Positions 1 through 10,487 of a stretch of DNA of 64,000 nt are shown here, one piece after another. Every line of letters starts with the position of its first letter. Positions within the stretch are counted from its first letter, which is position 1. The stretch is from NCBI GenBank assembly GCA_965203355.1, contig OZ241889.1, positions 1,088,001 through 1,152,000 on the forward strand, written 5' to 3'. The position numbers and the translations under genes are program-made. The notes beneath the pieces are model-generated. The model was not told the DNA's origin. It did not search any database and worked only from the letters and a program-made list of their open reading frames with translations. The stretch comes from Candidatus Latescibacterota bacterium (GTDB lineage Bacteria; Latescibacterota; UBA2968; UBA8231).

Positions 1-618
1 GCGAAAGGCGTCCTCGGCAATGCCCAAGAATTCCAAAATGGCCGCGTCTTGGCTGGAATCGGCTCCAAAGCGGTACTCGCCTAACTTGCCGCAGGTAGCG
101 GCCCGCGCCTTGTCGGCCATGCGTGCGGCACCCGCCACGCCGAAGACGCGGCGGAGGTAGGGGCTGCGCGGCGGTTGAGCGGTCAGATCCAAATCCCGAA
201 AGGCGCCCCAGTCGTCCAATTCGATGGAGGCGAAGACCGTTTTGATGTCCGTGCGACCTGGGGCGTACTGGGCGATCCGCTCGGCCAGCAGCCGCTCGTG
301 TAACTCGTCCTGCGGCTCGCGGGTGAGGTGTTCCTCGTTGAAGTCGTCGATCTCGGCTGGGCTTTTCTGCGCTCTTTCGAGGGCCAATTCGCCCAAGGCT
401 TCGTCGTCTAGCTCGGCGACGGCCGCGGCGAACTCGGCGGCGTTCATGTTGATGAATTCGAGCACTTCGACATCGAGGCCGGAGGGGTCTCCATATTTGA
501 ACGCGCCGATGGTTTCGGCCTTGTGGCCGCGCGCCTTGTCGATCATCCGCGCCAGCCCGGTGATGCCGGCGACGCCAGCGTTGGAGGGGCGGCGGGGTGG
601 TTGTCTGGTCAGGTCCAT
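1..618 (-). CDS. DUF5069-like tandem-domain protein (3' end runs off the window)
   Basis: Not in the ORF track; translated manually from ATG at 618 with GGAG upstream: MDLTRQPPRRPSNAGVAGITGLARMIDKARG..KYG..SGLD, then a second repeat DLTAQPPRSPY..GVAGAARMADKARA..GEYRFG. Confidence 0.75.
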   Translation of the reverse strand, partial: MDLTRQPPRRPSNAGVAGITGLARMIDKARGHKAETIGAFKYGDPSGLDVEVLEFINMNAAEFAAAVAELDDEALGELALERAQKSPAEIDDFNEEHLTREPQDELHERLLAERIAQYAPGRTDIKTVFASIELDDWGAFRDLDLTAQPPRSPYLRRVFGVAGAARMADKARAATCGKLGEYRFGADSSQDAAILEFLGIAEDAFR

Positions 619-720
619 GAGAAACGGCTCCTAGGTTGTAAGGTGAGGATTTTCAATATACCAACCGCAGCAGGGGCGGCAATGTTTGACGCTTCTACCG
701 GCGGCTTCTATACTCTGCCC

Positions 721-1527
721 ATGCCCGAGCTACCCGAGGTCGAAACCGTCCGCCGCGCGATGGAGTGCCACTTGCTAGGTCGGCCAATTACCCGCGTCCG
801 CGTCAGCCCAAAGCGCCTGCGCGAGCCGTTGCCGAGGGCTGCGCTGCGCACCTTGGTCGGAGACTGCTTTGTGGCGGCGCGCCGCCGCGCCAAATTCCTC
901 CTCCTCGACCTGCAATGGGGCCGGACGCTCTTGGTCCATCTCGGCATGAGCGGCAATTTGCTCCTGCGGCCGTGGGGCACCAAGCACGATCACGTGGGCT
1001 TTGAATTTGCCGACGGGGGGGCCGCAACATTTAACGATCCGCGGCGCTTTGGGCTGGTGCTAGTGCTCGACGAGGGCGCGGAGCACACGTGCCGGTACTT
1101 GCAAAACCTCGGCCCTGAGCCGCTCTCCCGCGCCTTTAATGCCCGCTATCTGCAAGCCCAATGCCAGCGGCGCAAAAGTCCGATCAAGAACCTCATTATG
1201 GACAATCGCACGGTAGTAGGCGTGGGCAATATCTACGCCAGCGAGGCCCTGTTCCGGGCGCGCATCCATCCGGCGACCCCGGCTGAGGCCATTGAGCCGC
1301 CGCGCTTGGCCGTACTTGCCGAGGAGATCAAAAAAGTGCTGCGCGTCGCCATTGACCAAGGCGGCACGACCATCAGCGACTATCAGGGGTCGGGTGCGGG
1401 CGGGCGCTTTCAGCAGCAGCTCTACGTGTACGGCCGCCGAGGCGAGGACTGCCGTGTCTGCGACGCGCCCATTGAGAGTTTCTACTTGGGAGGCCGCAAC
1501 ACCTTTTATTGTTCGGGTTGTCAATAA
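721..1527 (+). CDS. mutM: formamidopyrimidine-DNA glycosylase
   Basis: N-terminal MPELPEV, HLGMSG, GVGNIYASE (H2TH) and C-terminal CxxC..CxxCQ zinc finger; the start must be ATG 721 so that catalytic Pro2 is N-terminal. Confidence 0.97.
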   Translation: MPELPEVETVRRAMECHLLGRPITRVRVSPKRLREPLPRAALRTLVGDCFVAARRRAKFLLLDLQWGRTLLVHLGMSGNLLLRPWGTKHDHVGFEFADGGAATFNDPRRFGLVLVLDEGAEHTCRYLQNLGPEPLSRAFNARYLQAQCQRRKSPIKNLIMDNRTVVGVGNIYASEALFRARIHPATPAEAIEPPRLAVLAEEIKKVLRVAIDQGGTTISDYQGSGAGGRFQQQLYVYGRRGEDCRVCDAPIESFYLGGRNTFYCSGCQ

Positions 1528-1530
1528 AAA

Positions 1531-1554
1531 CGCCGGCCCCGTTTGGGACCGGCG
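1531..1554. terminator. hairpin between convergent mutM and clpP
   Basis: CGCCGGcCCC-gttt-GGGaCCGGCG stem preceded by an A-run. Confidence 0.5.
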
Positions 1555-1581
1555 CAATGAGCAAGACGCGGAGGAGCAGTG

Positions 1582-2196
1582 CTACTTTTTCTTTTTACTG
1601 TGCCCGTTGGGCGAGGGGGCCGTGGTGGTGATGATGTCGTCGAGCAGGCCGTATTCCTTGGCTTCCTCGGCCGACATGAAAAAGTCGCGGTCCGTGTCTT
1701 TGGCGATCTTTTCGACGGATTGGCCGGTGTGCTTGGCGTAGAGCGCGTTGAGCTCTTCGCGCAAGCGGATCGTCTCCTTGGCGCGGATGTCGAGGTCGAT
1801 GGCCGTGCCAGTGACGGTGTGGAGGATGCTCGGCTGATGGATCATAATCCGGGCGTGCGGCCAGGCGAAGCGACGCCCGGGCTCGCCAGCCGCCAGCAGG
1901 AACGAGCCCATGCTCATGGCCATGCCCATGCACACCGTGGAAACCGGGGCCTGAATCGCCAGCATGGCGTCGTAGATAGCCATGCCGTCGTGAACTGAGC
2001 CGCCAGGACTGTTGATGTAGAGGACGATTTCCTCGGTTGGGTCCTCGACGTCCAGCGAGAGCAGGCGAGTGACCACGGCCTTGGCCGACTCGTCGTTGAC
2101 GTCGGACCAAAGAAATATTTTGCGCGCTTTGTACAGACTCTCCTCCAAGTTTTTTTCTTGGAGTACCTTGAGCAGTTCTTCTTCTTTTTCGGCCAT
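1582..2196 (-). CDS. clpP: ATP-dependent Clp protease proteolytic subunit
   Basis: YINSPGG, AMSMGSFLL (Ser), IMIHQP (His), TDRDFFMSAEEAKEYGLLD (Asp). Confidence 0.96.
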   Translation of the reverse strand: MAEKEEELLKVLQEKNLEESLYKARKIFLWSDVNDESAKAVVTRLLSLDVEDPTEEIVLYINSPGGSVHDGMAIYDAMLAIQAPVSTVCMGMAMSMGSFLLAAGEPGRRFAWPHARIMIHQPSILHTVTGTAIDLDIRAKETIRLREELNALYAKHTGQSVEKIAKDTDRDFFMSAEEAKEYGLLDDIITTTAPSPNGHSKKKK

Positions 2197-2270
2197 TAAA
2201 ACATCTCCATAAACCTGAAATTGTCCTACTGTGTTCGGGCTTCACAATATACGCGGCGGCCCCAACAGCG

Positions 2271-5200
2271 TCAATCGGCTGTGCCTCGTTCTTTGCGCCC
2301 AAACGCCGACGTCATAATCCGCATCATGGCCGTGCGGAAATCGTCGAAAAAGGTGTAGAACAGCGGCACCAGCAAAAGCGTCAGCACCATGGAAGCCAGC
2401 AGGCCGCCGATCATCGTCCGGCCCAGCGGCGCGTACTCCAAGCCCACCATCTTGGAACTGCCTACGGCCATTGGAATCAGCCCGAAAGCCGTGGTAAAGG
2501 TCGTCATCAGGATGGGCCGGAAGCGGTGGCGGCCGGCCGCCAATAGCGCGTCGTAGCGCGACTTGCCCTCGGCCCGGAGCCGGTTGGCCAAGTCGATCAG
2601 CACGATGGCGTTGTTCACGACCACGCCGATCAGAATTACCGAGCCGATCATCGACATGATTTCAAAGGGCGTGTCGGTTATATATAGAACCCAGTAAACG
2701 CCGAGGAAGGAGAATGGGATGGACACGATCACCGACAGCGGCAGCACGAACGACTCAAAGAGCACTCCCATCAGCAAAAAGACAAAGGTCACGGACATGA
2801 TCAGAGCAAACTTCTGCGACTGGTTTTGCTCTTCTAGCTCGACGAAGCGCGTACCCTTGTCCCAGCGATAGCCGTGCGGCATCTCAAAGCCCTGCATCGC
2901 CTGATCGACTTGGGCGAAAAGATGTTGTGCCCGGTCTTTGGCTGCACGGGCACTGACATTGAGCATGGTCTGGCGGTTCTCGCGCCGAATGTTGCCCAGC
3001 GTGCGTTCGACGTAGATGTCCGCGAGTGCTTCGAGGGACACTTCGCGGCCATCGTCGGTGGAAAAGTGTTGGGTGCGCAGATCGTCTAGGTTCTGGCTGT
3101 CGTAGTTGGCCAGCCGGACGCGGATATCGACTTCGCGGCCATCGTCGGTGTGGAATTTGTTGATGTCTGTGCCGCGTAGGGCGTAAGCGATGGCGCCCGA
3201 AACCTGCTGGGGATCCACGCCGAAGCGCTGAATTTGGTCGCGATCGAGGCGCACCTGTAGCTCGGTGCCACCGCGGTCCATGTCGGTGTTGACCGACAGC
3301 AAGCCGGGGATGCTTTCCAGCCGCCGCTCGACCTCGGCGGCCAGCCCGACCAGCACCTTGGTGTCCTCGCCGTACAGGCTGACATTGACTCGGGCATCCT
3401 GCTCGGAGTTTTCCCAGTTGACCCGCAAGGTAATGCCCGGCGGCAGATAGAGTCGCGCGCGAATATCCTTTTCGACTTCTTTGTAGGAGAGGTAATCCCG
3501 TTCCTTCAGGCCCAGCGCGATGTTCAAGTTGTCCCAAGCCACCTCATACCACTCCACGTCCTCTTCTTCGGCGAAAAACAGCGTCACCCGACCCCAGCCA
3601 CGGCGGAAATAGGTGCGCAGCATTTCGACGTTGTACTCGGCCTTGTGGGCCATCACCGTGTCCTCGATGGCGGTCATAAACTGCTCGGCTTGGTCCAGCG
3701 ACTGGCCCGAAGGCATCTCAAAGGCCAAGTCCATCCGCACCTCGTTGCGCTCCTGGCTGTCGGTGCGATCCATGCCCTCCATCGGAATCTGGATGCTGGC
3801 AAAAAGGGCGAAGGCGATGACGCAGGCGTCGAGGCGATTGTTCAGCACCCAGCCCAGCGCGCGCACGTAGTGCTTGCGGGACCAGAGGATTATTCTCGAC
3901 TCGCCCCGCTCTTTTTTCGTCGAGAGCTTGAGCGCGGCGAGGGGGATAAAGATCAGGGCGATGAGCAGCGAGGCCACCAGACCCACGATGACCGGCAGGC
4001 CGATTCTGAGCATCCAGAACGAAAACATCTCCTCGTCGCTCATCAGGATCAGGGGCAGGAAGACCACCACCGTCGTCAGGGTCGCCATGGTCACCGCCAG
4101 CCCAACCTCGCCGGCTCCCTCGATGGAGGCCGGGCGCGGGGCGATTCCTTCTTGGCGTTTGCGGTAGATGTTTTCGACGATGACGATGGCGTTGTCAACC
4201 ACCAAACCTAGGCTCAGCATCAGGCCCATCATCGTCGCCACATTCAGGGACCAGCCCATAAAGTACAAGGTGGTAATCGTCGCCAGAATTGACAGCGGGA
4301 TCGCCAAGGTGATGATCAGCGTGATGCGTATGGCCCGCAAAAAGAAAAAGAGCACGATGGCTGCGAACAGGCCACCCCACAGGCCAGAAGTTTTGAGATT
4401 GTCAACCGAGTTGATCACTTGATCGCCTTGGTTCCAGAACAGCTTGAAGTCCAAGCCCTCGAGCTTGGGATGATCCTTCAGCGCTTCGAGTGCCTCCTTC
4501 ACGCCGTTGGAAACCTCGACGACATTGGCGCCCGACGCCTTGGTGACGCCAAAGCCCAGCGATTCCTTGCGGTTAATGCGATTGACCCAGTCTTGCTCCG
4601 GCTGCTTATAGGCAACCTCGGCGATGTCGCTCAGCCGCAGCTGGTGTTCGGGATCGACTACGGTGTTGGCGATCTCTTCGATGTTTTGGAAGCGGCCCAC
4701 TGAACGCACGTAGATCTTTTTGCCGCCCTCGATCACCCAGCCCCCGGGCACGGTGAGGTTTTGGGCGCGCAGGTTGGTGAGCGCGTTAAAGACATCGATC
4801 CTATGGCCGCGCACCTTGCCTTTGTCCAACTCGACCATCACCTGTTTGCTTGCCGACCCCCAGATTTCGATGTTGCCGACCCCATCGACGCGCCGCAAGG
4901 CTGGCTCCATATAGGTGTCGATGAGTTTGCGCGGATCGACGGATTGGCGCTCTAAGATGATGGCGCCTTCCATGATCGGGATGTCGTTTTCGTCCCAGCG
5001 TCGCACCCACAGTTGTTCGATTTCGTCGGGCAGTTCGGGCATCACGCGGTCGAGCCGGTCCTTCATCTGGGCGAAGGCCAATTGCAGGTCGGTGCCCTTC
5101 TGGAACTCGACTTGGACATTGCCGCCGCTGTTGTAGGCGTTGGAGCGGATTCGCTTGACCCGACTGACTTGGGCGACCGCCTCCTCTAGGTGGCGGACTA

Positions 5201-5408
5201 CCTTCTGCTCGACTTCGACCGCGCCGGCGTTGGGATAGTGAGCCCAGGCGAAGAGCCGGGGATAGTCAAAGCCTTCGGGGAAAAGCGTCAGCGGGATCCG
5301 CGTATAGGCGATGTAGCCCACCACCAACAGCGCGACCAGCGACATGACCACCGTCACCGGCCGGTTGACCGAAAAGCGCGGCAGGGGATACTGGGTTGGC
5401 TTTTCCAT
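2271..5408 (-). CDS. RND efflux transporter permease subunit (AcrB/MdtB-like)
   Basis: 1045 aa; GLVVDNAIVIVENI, GVVVNNAIVLID, RFRPILMTT. Confidence 0.93.
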   Translation of the reverse strand: MEKPTQYPLPRFSVNRPVTVVMSLVALLVVGYIAYTRIPLTLFPEGFDYPRLFAWAHYPNAGAVEVEQKVVRHLEEAVAQVSRVKRIRSNAYNSGGNVQVEFQKGTDLQLAFAQMKDRLDRVMPELPDEIEQLWVRRWDENDIPIMEGAIILERQSVDPRKLIDTYMEPALRRVDGVGNIEIWGSASKQVMVELDKGKVRGHRIDVFNALTNLRAQNLTVPGGWVIEGGKKIYVRSVGRFQNIEEIANTVVDPEHQLRLSDIAEVAYKQPEQDWVNRINRKESLGFGVTKASGANVVEVSNGVKEALEALKDHPKLEGLDFKLFWNQGDQVINSVDNLKTSGLWGGLFAAIVLFFFLRAIRITLIITLAIPLSILATITTLYFMGWSLNVATMMGLMLSLGLVVDNAIVIVENIYRKRQEGIAPRPASIEGAGEVGLAVTMATLTTVVVFLPLILMSDEEMFSFWMLRIGLPVIVGLVASLLIALIFIPLAALKLSTKKERGESRIILWSRKHYVRALGWVLNNRLDACVIAFALFASIQIPMEGMDRTDSQERNEVRMDLAFEMPSGQSLDQAEQFMTAIEDTVMAHKAEYNVEMLRTYFRRGWGRVTLFFAEEEDVEWYEVAWDNLNIALGLKERDYLSYKEVEKDIRARLYLPPGITLRVNWENSEQDARVNVSLYGEDTKVLVGLAAEVERRLESIPGLLSVNTDMDRGGTELQVRLDRDQIQRFGVDPQQVSGAIAYALRGTDINKFHTDDGREVDIRVRLANYDSQNLDDLRTQHFSTDDGREVSLEALADIYVERTLGNIRRENRQTMLNVSARAAKDRAQHLFAQVDQAMQGFEMPHGYRWDKGTRFVELEEQNQSQKFALIMSVTFVFLLMGVLFESFVLPLSVIVSIPFSFLGVYWVLYITDTPFEIMSMIGSVILIGVVVNNAIVLIDLANRLRAEGKSRYDALLAAGRHRFRPILMTTFTTAFGLIPMAVGSSKMVGLEYAPLGRTMIGGLLASMVLTLLLVPLFYTFFDDFRTAMMRIMTSAFGRKERGTAD

Positions 5409-5415
5409 CGGTCTC

Positions 5416-8400
5416 CTAGGCCCGGCGATCGACCAGTGAATACACCGTCGGAATCACTACAAGGGTGAGGAAGGTGGAAGAGACGAGACCGGCGATCACG
5501 GTCAGGGCCATGGGTGTGCGGATCTCGGCCCCCTCGCCCAGCCCCAGGGCCATCGGCAGCAGCCCCAAGACGGTAGTTGCCGTGGTCATGGCGATCGGGC
5601 GCAATCGCACGGCACCGGCTTGAATGATGGCCGCGGTCTTTTCCATGCCGCTGCGGCGCAAGGTGTTGATGTAGTCAATGAGCACGATGGCGTTGTTGAC
5701 GACGATGCCGGCCAGCATGATCAGGCCGATAAAGACCACCACGCTTAGCGCGACCTGCGCCAGATAGAGGGCCACCACCACGCCGATCAGCGCGAGGGGC
5801 ACCGTGAACATAATGACGAAGGGATGCACCAGCGACTCGAATTGGCTGGCCATCACCACATAGACGAGGAAGATCGCCAGCACTAAGGCGAAGTAGAGGC
5901 TCTGCAACGAGGTCTCCATTTCTTCGTTCTGGCCGCTGATCGCAAAGTCGAAGCCCATCGGGAAGTCCATCTTCCCCAGTTCGTCGTGGATCAGGCCCGA
6001 GGCCGTGCCCAGGTCAATGCCTTGGATGTTGGCCGTGATCAAGGCGGCGCGCTGCTGGTCGATGCGGCGGATTTCGCTCGGCCCCTCGTTGACTTGGATA
6101 TCGGCCACCGAGGAAAGCGGAATCGGGACCTCGGCATTGGGATTGATCACCAGCCGTTGCAACTCGTCGAGTCCGAGGCGGTCCTCCTCGCGCAGCCGCA
6201 CCAGCACGTCGATCTGACGCTCGTCTTGGCGGAAGTCGGTGGCGACCTTGCCCTGCACCTTGTGGCGCACCAATTCGGCGACGTTGCGTAGCGACAGGCC
6301 GTAGGCCGCGAGTTGGTCGCGTTTGTAGCTAATCTGTAGCTCGGGGTTGCCCGCCTGTAGCGAGGATTTGACGTCGACCAGCCCGGGCAAGCCAGCCATC
6401 CGCGACTCGGCCTCTAAGCTCAACTGGCGCAACTGGCGCAGATTGTAGCCGCGAATCTCGACCTCGATGGGCGTCTTGAAGCTGAATAGCGCCGGGTGTG
6501 AGACTTCGACTTCGATTTCGGGAATGTCGCTGACTTCGGTGCGCAGATGCTGGATCAACGCGGCCTCCTGCACGGCGCTGGCTCCTTCCGTTAGGCGAAC
6601 CGTTACTTGGGCGGTGTGTTCTCCTTCTTCCGCCGAGGAACTCGCCGACCGGTCGGTGCCCACGGTCGTCGCCACCCGTGCGACTTGGGGCTGTTGGCCG
6701 GCGAGCGCTTCGATTTGGCGCACGATCTCGGCGGTTTCTTCGAGCGGCGTCCCCACCGGCAGTCTGAGGTCGAGGTTGAATTCAGCTTGGTGGACTTGGG
6801 GGATTAGTTCGGTGCCCAAATCGGGCAGGAGCTTGTACCAGCAGACCAGCAAGGCGGCTAAGGCTCCGCCGATAATCAGCAAGCGCCGCCTGAGTGCCCA
6901 GCCCAACAGGGCCGGATAGATCTGCTGCACTAGGCCGAAGCCGCGTTCAAACGCAAAGAGCAGCGGCAAAAAGACGGGCGTCAGCAGGATGCCTAGCAGC
7001 AACAACACCAGCACCAGCACCAGTCCGGCGAGCATCAGCGCCACGTGCAGGACGATGCCCACCAGCCTGAGCACCGTGTCTAAGACAAAGCGGAATGCCG
7101 CCAGATAGACCAGCACCAGCGGCAGCAACAGGCATTTGAGCGTCTTTTGTACGAGAGGCGCGGACTTGTTCACCCAGTGCCAGTAACGCTGCACGAGCGC
7201 GCCGAGGCTGCGCGGCGACTCAAAGCCCAATATCCCCGGCCAGACGCGCTCGAAGAAGGTCCATTTGCCGATGCGGCTTTCTGCGGCCCAAGCTCCGAGC
7301 CAGCGCTGAAAGGTTTGTTCGCGCTTGAGCCAGAAGTGCTCGATGGGTTTGATCAGCCACCACAACAACAGCTCGGCCGCGAGGAGGAAAAGGCCCTTGA
7401 GCACCGCCCCCACGAGGGTTGCTGCGGCCAGCCCGATCCGCAACAGCACCTCGCCGACTAAGTAGGGCAGCGTGAGGGCCACCTGCGCGGCTTTGCGCCA
7501 CCGGCTCACCGATTCGTTGAATACCGCGCGGACTCGGCTTAGTGCTTGGAGGCGCAAAAAGTCGCTGCGACCGATCTGCTCGGCCAGTCGGCCTTGGCGG
7601 TCGATTTGGCGCGAGGCCAGCATGGGAATGAAAAACAGCGCCACCCCCAACGAGGCCAACAGCGAGAATACGACCGTCAGCGCCATGTCGCCGAAGATCT
7701 GCCCGGCGACACCCTCGACGAAGACGATGGGAAAAAACACCGTGATCGTCGTCAGCGTCGAGGCCAACACGGCGGTCCCGACCTCGCGGGTGCCGCGGAC
7801 GGTGGCTTGGACCAAATCGTCGCCCTCCTCCCGACAGCGAAAAATGCTCTCCAGCACCACGATCGAGTTGTCGACCAGCATCCCGATCCCTAGGGCCAGC
7901 CCCCCGAGCGACATGATGTTGAGCGACACGTCGAACATGTACATCGGTGCAAAGGTCGCCATGATCGACACCGGAATCGTCAGGCCGACGATCAGCGTGT
8001 GGACTACGTTGCGCAAGAACACAAAGAGCACGAGCACGGCCATCGCTCCGCCAATGAGCGCATTGATTTGGACTTCTCGGATCGAATTCTCGATAAAACC
8101 CGACTGGTCGGACAAAAGCTCCAGCCTGGCGCCGTGGGGCAGGCGGTGGCCGATGAAATCGGTCATCCGCAAATGCTCCATCGCCTTGCGGGCTTCCTCC
8201 TGCTTTCTCTGCTGCAACTCTTTTTGTTGCTCTTCCCCGTTCTTTTTTGTATCCGCTCCTTCAGTCTCTTGCTCTTTACTTTTCTGCGCCTCGCGGGCCT
8301 TTTGCTCTACGTACGCACGCTGTTGTGGCAAGCCAAAGAGCGCGTTGCGAACCCTTTCGGCGACGGCGACGATATTGGCGTCGGCTTCCTTATAGACCTC

Positions 8401-9255
8401 GATCTCGACGCTCTCGCGGCCATTGACCCGGGTGGCGATCTCGCGGTCCTTGTGCGAGCGGAAGACCTCGGCAATGTCGCGCAGATACACATCGGCGTCG
8501 CCCTGCCGCGCCACGATCAACTCGGCGATCTCCTCGACGGTGGCAAACTCGTTGAGCGTGCGGATCAGGTACTCGACTTGGCCCTCGCGCAAGTTGCCGC
8601 CGGGCAAATTGACGTTGTTTTGCGCTAGGCGGTTGTTTATCTGGTTGATGTCCAAGCCCATCACGGCGATTTGCCGCTCGTTGAGCGCGACGTGGATCTC
8701 TTCTTCCAAGCCGCCCTTGACTTTGACCGCCGCCACCCCGACCAGGGCCTCCAACTCGCGCTTGATGTCGTGCTCGGCGAGGTAGCGCAGTGCGTAGAGG
8801 TCCTGCGGGCCGTGTAGGCCGATGCGGATGATTGGGTCTAGCGAGGGGTCGTAGCGCAGTAGGAGGGGTTTCTCGGCGTCTTGCGGCAGCCAGACGCGGT
8901 CGGCTTTCTCGCGGATTTCTTGGGACATCGCGTTCATGTCGGTGTCCCACTCAAATTCGAGGATGATGTCCGACTGCCCGGCCTTGGAGATGGAACTGAT
9001 GTTGACGAGGTGCGGCACAATGCCCAGTTCCTGCTCCAAGGGGCGGGAGAGCAGGGTCTCGACTTCCTCCGGTGCCGTGCCGGGATATTCGGTGCGCACC
9101 GTCAGGGTCGGGTAGGAAATGTCGGGCATTAGGTTTAGGGAGAGCCGCTGATAGGAGACCCAGCCAAAAACGCAGACAGCCAGCACCACCATGAGAATGG
9201 CGACGGGCCGCCGGGTTGCAATAGCAAAGCGAGATGGGCTAACGGGCTGCTGCAC
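5416..9255 (-). CDS. RND efflux transporter permease subunit with two large insertions
   Basis: 1279 aa; GMLVDNSIVVLESI, GIVVNNAIVLID, RLRPIAMTT. Confidence 0.92.
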   Translation of the reverse strand: MQQPVSPSRFAIATRRPVAILMVVLAVCVFGWVSYQRLSLNLMPDISYPTLTVRTEYPGTAPEEVETLLSRPLEQELGIVPHLVNISSISKAGQSDIILEFEWDTDMNAMSQEIREKADRVWLPQDAEKPLLLRYDPSLDPIIRIGLHGPQDLYALRYLAEHDIKRELEALVGVAAVKVKGGLEEEIHVALNERQIAVMGLDINQINNRLAQNNVNLPGGNLREGQVEYLIRTLNEFATVEEIAELIVARQGDADVYLRDIAEVFRSHKDREIATRVNGRESVEIEVYKEADANIVAVAERVRNALFGLPQQRAYVEQKAREAQKSKEQETEGADTKKNGEEQQKELQQRKQEEARKAMEHLRMTDFIGHRLPHGARLELLSDQSGFIENSIREVQINALIGGAMAVLVLFVFLRNVVHTLIVGLTIPVSIMATFAPMYMFDVSLNIMSLGGLALGIGMLVDNSIVVLESIFRCREEGDDLVQATVRGTREVGTAVLASTLTTITVFFPIVFVEGVAGQIFGDMALTVVFSLLASLGVALFFIPMLASRQIDRQGRLAEQIGRSDFLRLQALSRVRAVFNESVSRWRKAAQVALTLPYLVGEVLLRIGLAAATLVGAVLKGLFLLAAELLLWWLIKPIEHFWLKREQTFQRWLGAWAAESRIGKWTFFERVWPGILGFESPRSLGALVQRYWHWVNKSAPLVQKTLKCLLLPLVLVYLAAFRFVLDTVLRLVGIVLHVALMLAGLVLVLVLLLLGILLTPVFLPLLFAFERGFGLVQQIYPALLGWALRRRLLIIGGALAALLVCWYKLLPDLGTELIPQVHQAEFNLDLRLPVGTPLEETAEIVRQIEALAGQQPQVARVATTVGTDRSASSSAEEGEHTAQVTVRLTEGASAVQEAALIQHLRTEVSDIPEIEVEVSHPALFSFKTPIEVEIRGYNLRQLRQLSLEAESRMAGLPGLVDVKSSLQAGNPELQISYKRDQLAAYGLSLRNVAELVRHKVQGKVATDFRQDERQIDVLVRLREEDRLGLDELQRLVINPNAEVPIPLSSVADIQVNEGPSEIRRIDQQRAALITANIQGIDLGTASGLIHDELGKMDFPMGFDFAISGQNEEMETSLQSLYFALVLAIFLVYVVMASQFESLVHPFVIMFTVPLALIGVVVALYLAQVALSVVVFIGLIMLAGIVVNNAIVLIDYINTLRRSGMEKTAAIIQAGAVRLRPIAMTTATTVLGLLPMALGLGEGAEIRTPMALTVIAGLVSSTFLTLVVIPTVYSLVDRRA

Positions 9256-9259
9256 GGGC

Positions 9260-10429
9260 CTAGCCTTGGCCCGCGGCGTCGGCTGAGTTGACTACGCGCA
9301 CCCGCGTGCTGTCCTTGAGGCCGTTTTGCCCGACGACGATGATCGGGGTGCCGGAGTCGATGCCGGCGAGCGACTCGATAAAGTCGGCGTCCTCGAACCC
9401 GGGCTGCAACTTGATCCGCGCGGCCATGGTGTCGCGGACGGCGAACACAAACCGGTCGCCGCCGTCGTACACAATCGCCTGCTTGGGTATCAACACGGCG
9501 TCCGGGTGCGTGTCGGTGACGATGCGCACGTTGACGAAGAGGCCGGGCCGCAAGTACTCCCAGCGGTCGCGCAAGCCCACCGTGACCTTGAAGGTGCCGC
9601 TTTTGGGATCGACTACGGGGCTGATGCGCTTGACCGAGCCGTGGAACTTCTCGTCGGGCAAAAATTCCGAGGTGATAAGAGCCTGCTGGCCGTTGCCGAT
9701 GGTGGTGAGGTATTGGCCGGGCGCGAAGACGCGGGCGATCAGGTCGTCGAGCTTGATGAGGTCGTAGAGCTTGCTACTCGGCCCCACCCGCGCGCCGACC
9801 TGCACATAGCGCTCGGTGATCACGCCGGAAAACGGCGCGATGACTTCTGCGTATTCCAGCTCTAGGCGGGTGCGCTCTAGGCGGAGACGGGCTTGTTCAA
9901 AGTTGTATTTGTTGGTCTCAAACTCTTGGTCGCTGATGAGGTTGCGCTCAAACATGGCCTCGGTGCGCTTAAAGGCGGTTTGCTGATAGTGATAGCTAGC
10001 TTGAGCTTCCTCAACGGCGATGCGCAACTGCTTGTCCTCAATGCTGAGGAGGGTGTCGCCCACCTCGACGCGGTCGCCTTCCTCGACGCTGAGCTGTTTG
10101 ACGAGGCCGCTAATTTGGGGGTAAATCTCCACGGCCGCCTCGGTTTCGATGGTCGAGTTGAACAGCAGATGGGCGGAAATCTCGCCCGTGTGTGCGAGGG
10201 CGACTTCGACCGGTATAGCTTCTATGGGCTTGGCGAGGCTGTCGGCGGCCGTACTGTCGGCTTGGGCCGCTGAGTCGTCCGGGCTATTGTTGCCCTCGTC
10301 TCGCCCACCCACTTGCACACTGCAAGCCCCCAAAGTGGCCGCTAACAATAGTACGCCTGCTTTGTGCCATGCGTTCAAAATCGTCTTTCTCCGGGTTTTG
10401 TGGGCTTGTAAATAGCGAAAGTAGTGCAT
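9260..10429 (-). CDS. RND periplasmic adaptor (membrane fusion) lipoprotein
   Basis: LGAC lipobox, VEEGDRVEVGD, APFSGVI, LRPGLFV; true start may be somewhat downstream. Confidence 0.9.
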   Translation of the reverse strand: MHYFRYLQAHKTRRKTILNAWHKAGVLLLAATLGACSVQVGGRDEGNNSPDDSAAQADSTAADSLAKPIEAIPVEVALAHTGEISAHLLFNSTIETEAAVEIYPQISGLVKQLSVEEGDRVEVGDTLLSIEDKQLRIAVEEAQASYHYQQTAFKRTEAMFERNLISDQEFETNKYNFEQARLRLERTRLELEYAEVIAPFSGVITERYVQVGARVGPSSKLYDLIKLDDLIARVFAPGQYLTTIGNGQQALITSEFLPDEKFHGSVKRISPVVDPKSGTFKVTVGLRDRWEYLRPGLFVNVRIVTDTHPDAVLIPKQAIVYDGGDRFVFAVRDTMAARIKLQPGFEDADFIESLAGIDSGTPIIVVGQNGLKDSTRVRVVNSADAAGQG

Positions 10430-10487
10430 TACCTTAACAATTATTCAACCTTGCAGAATGGACATTGTCAAATGGAGATGAGATGTC

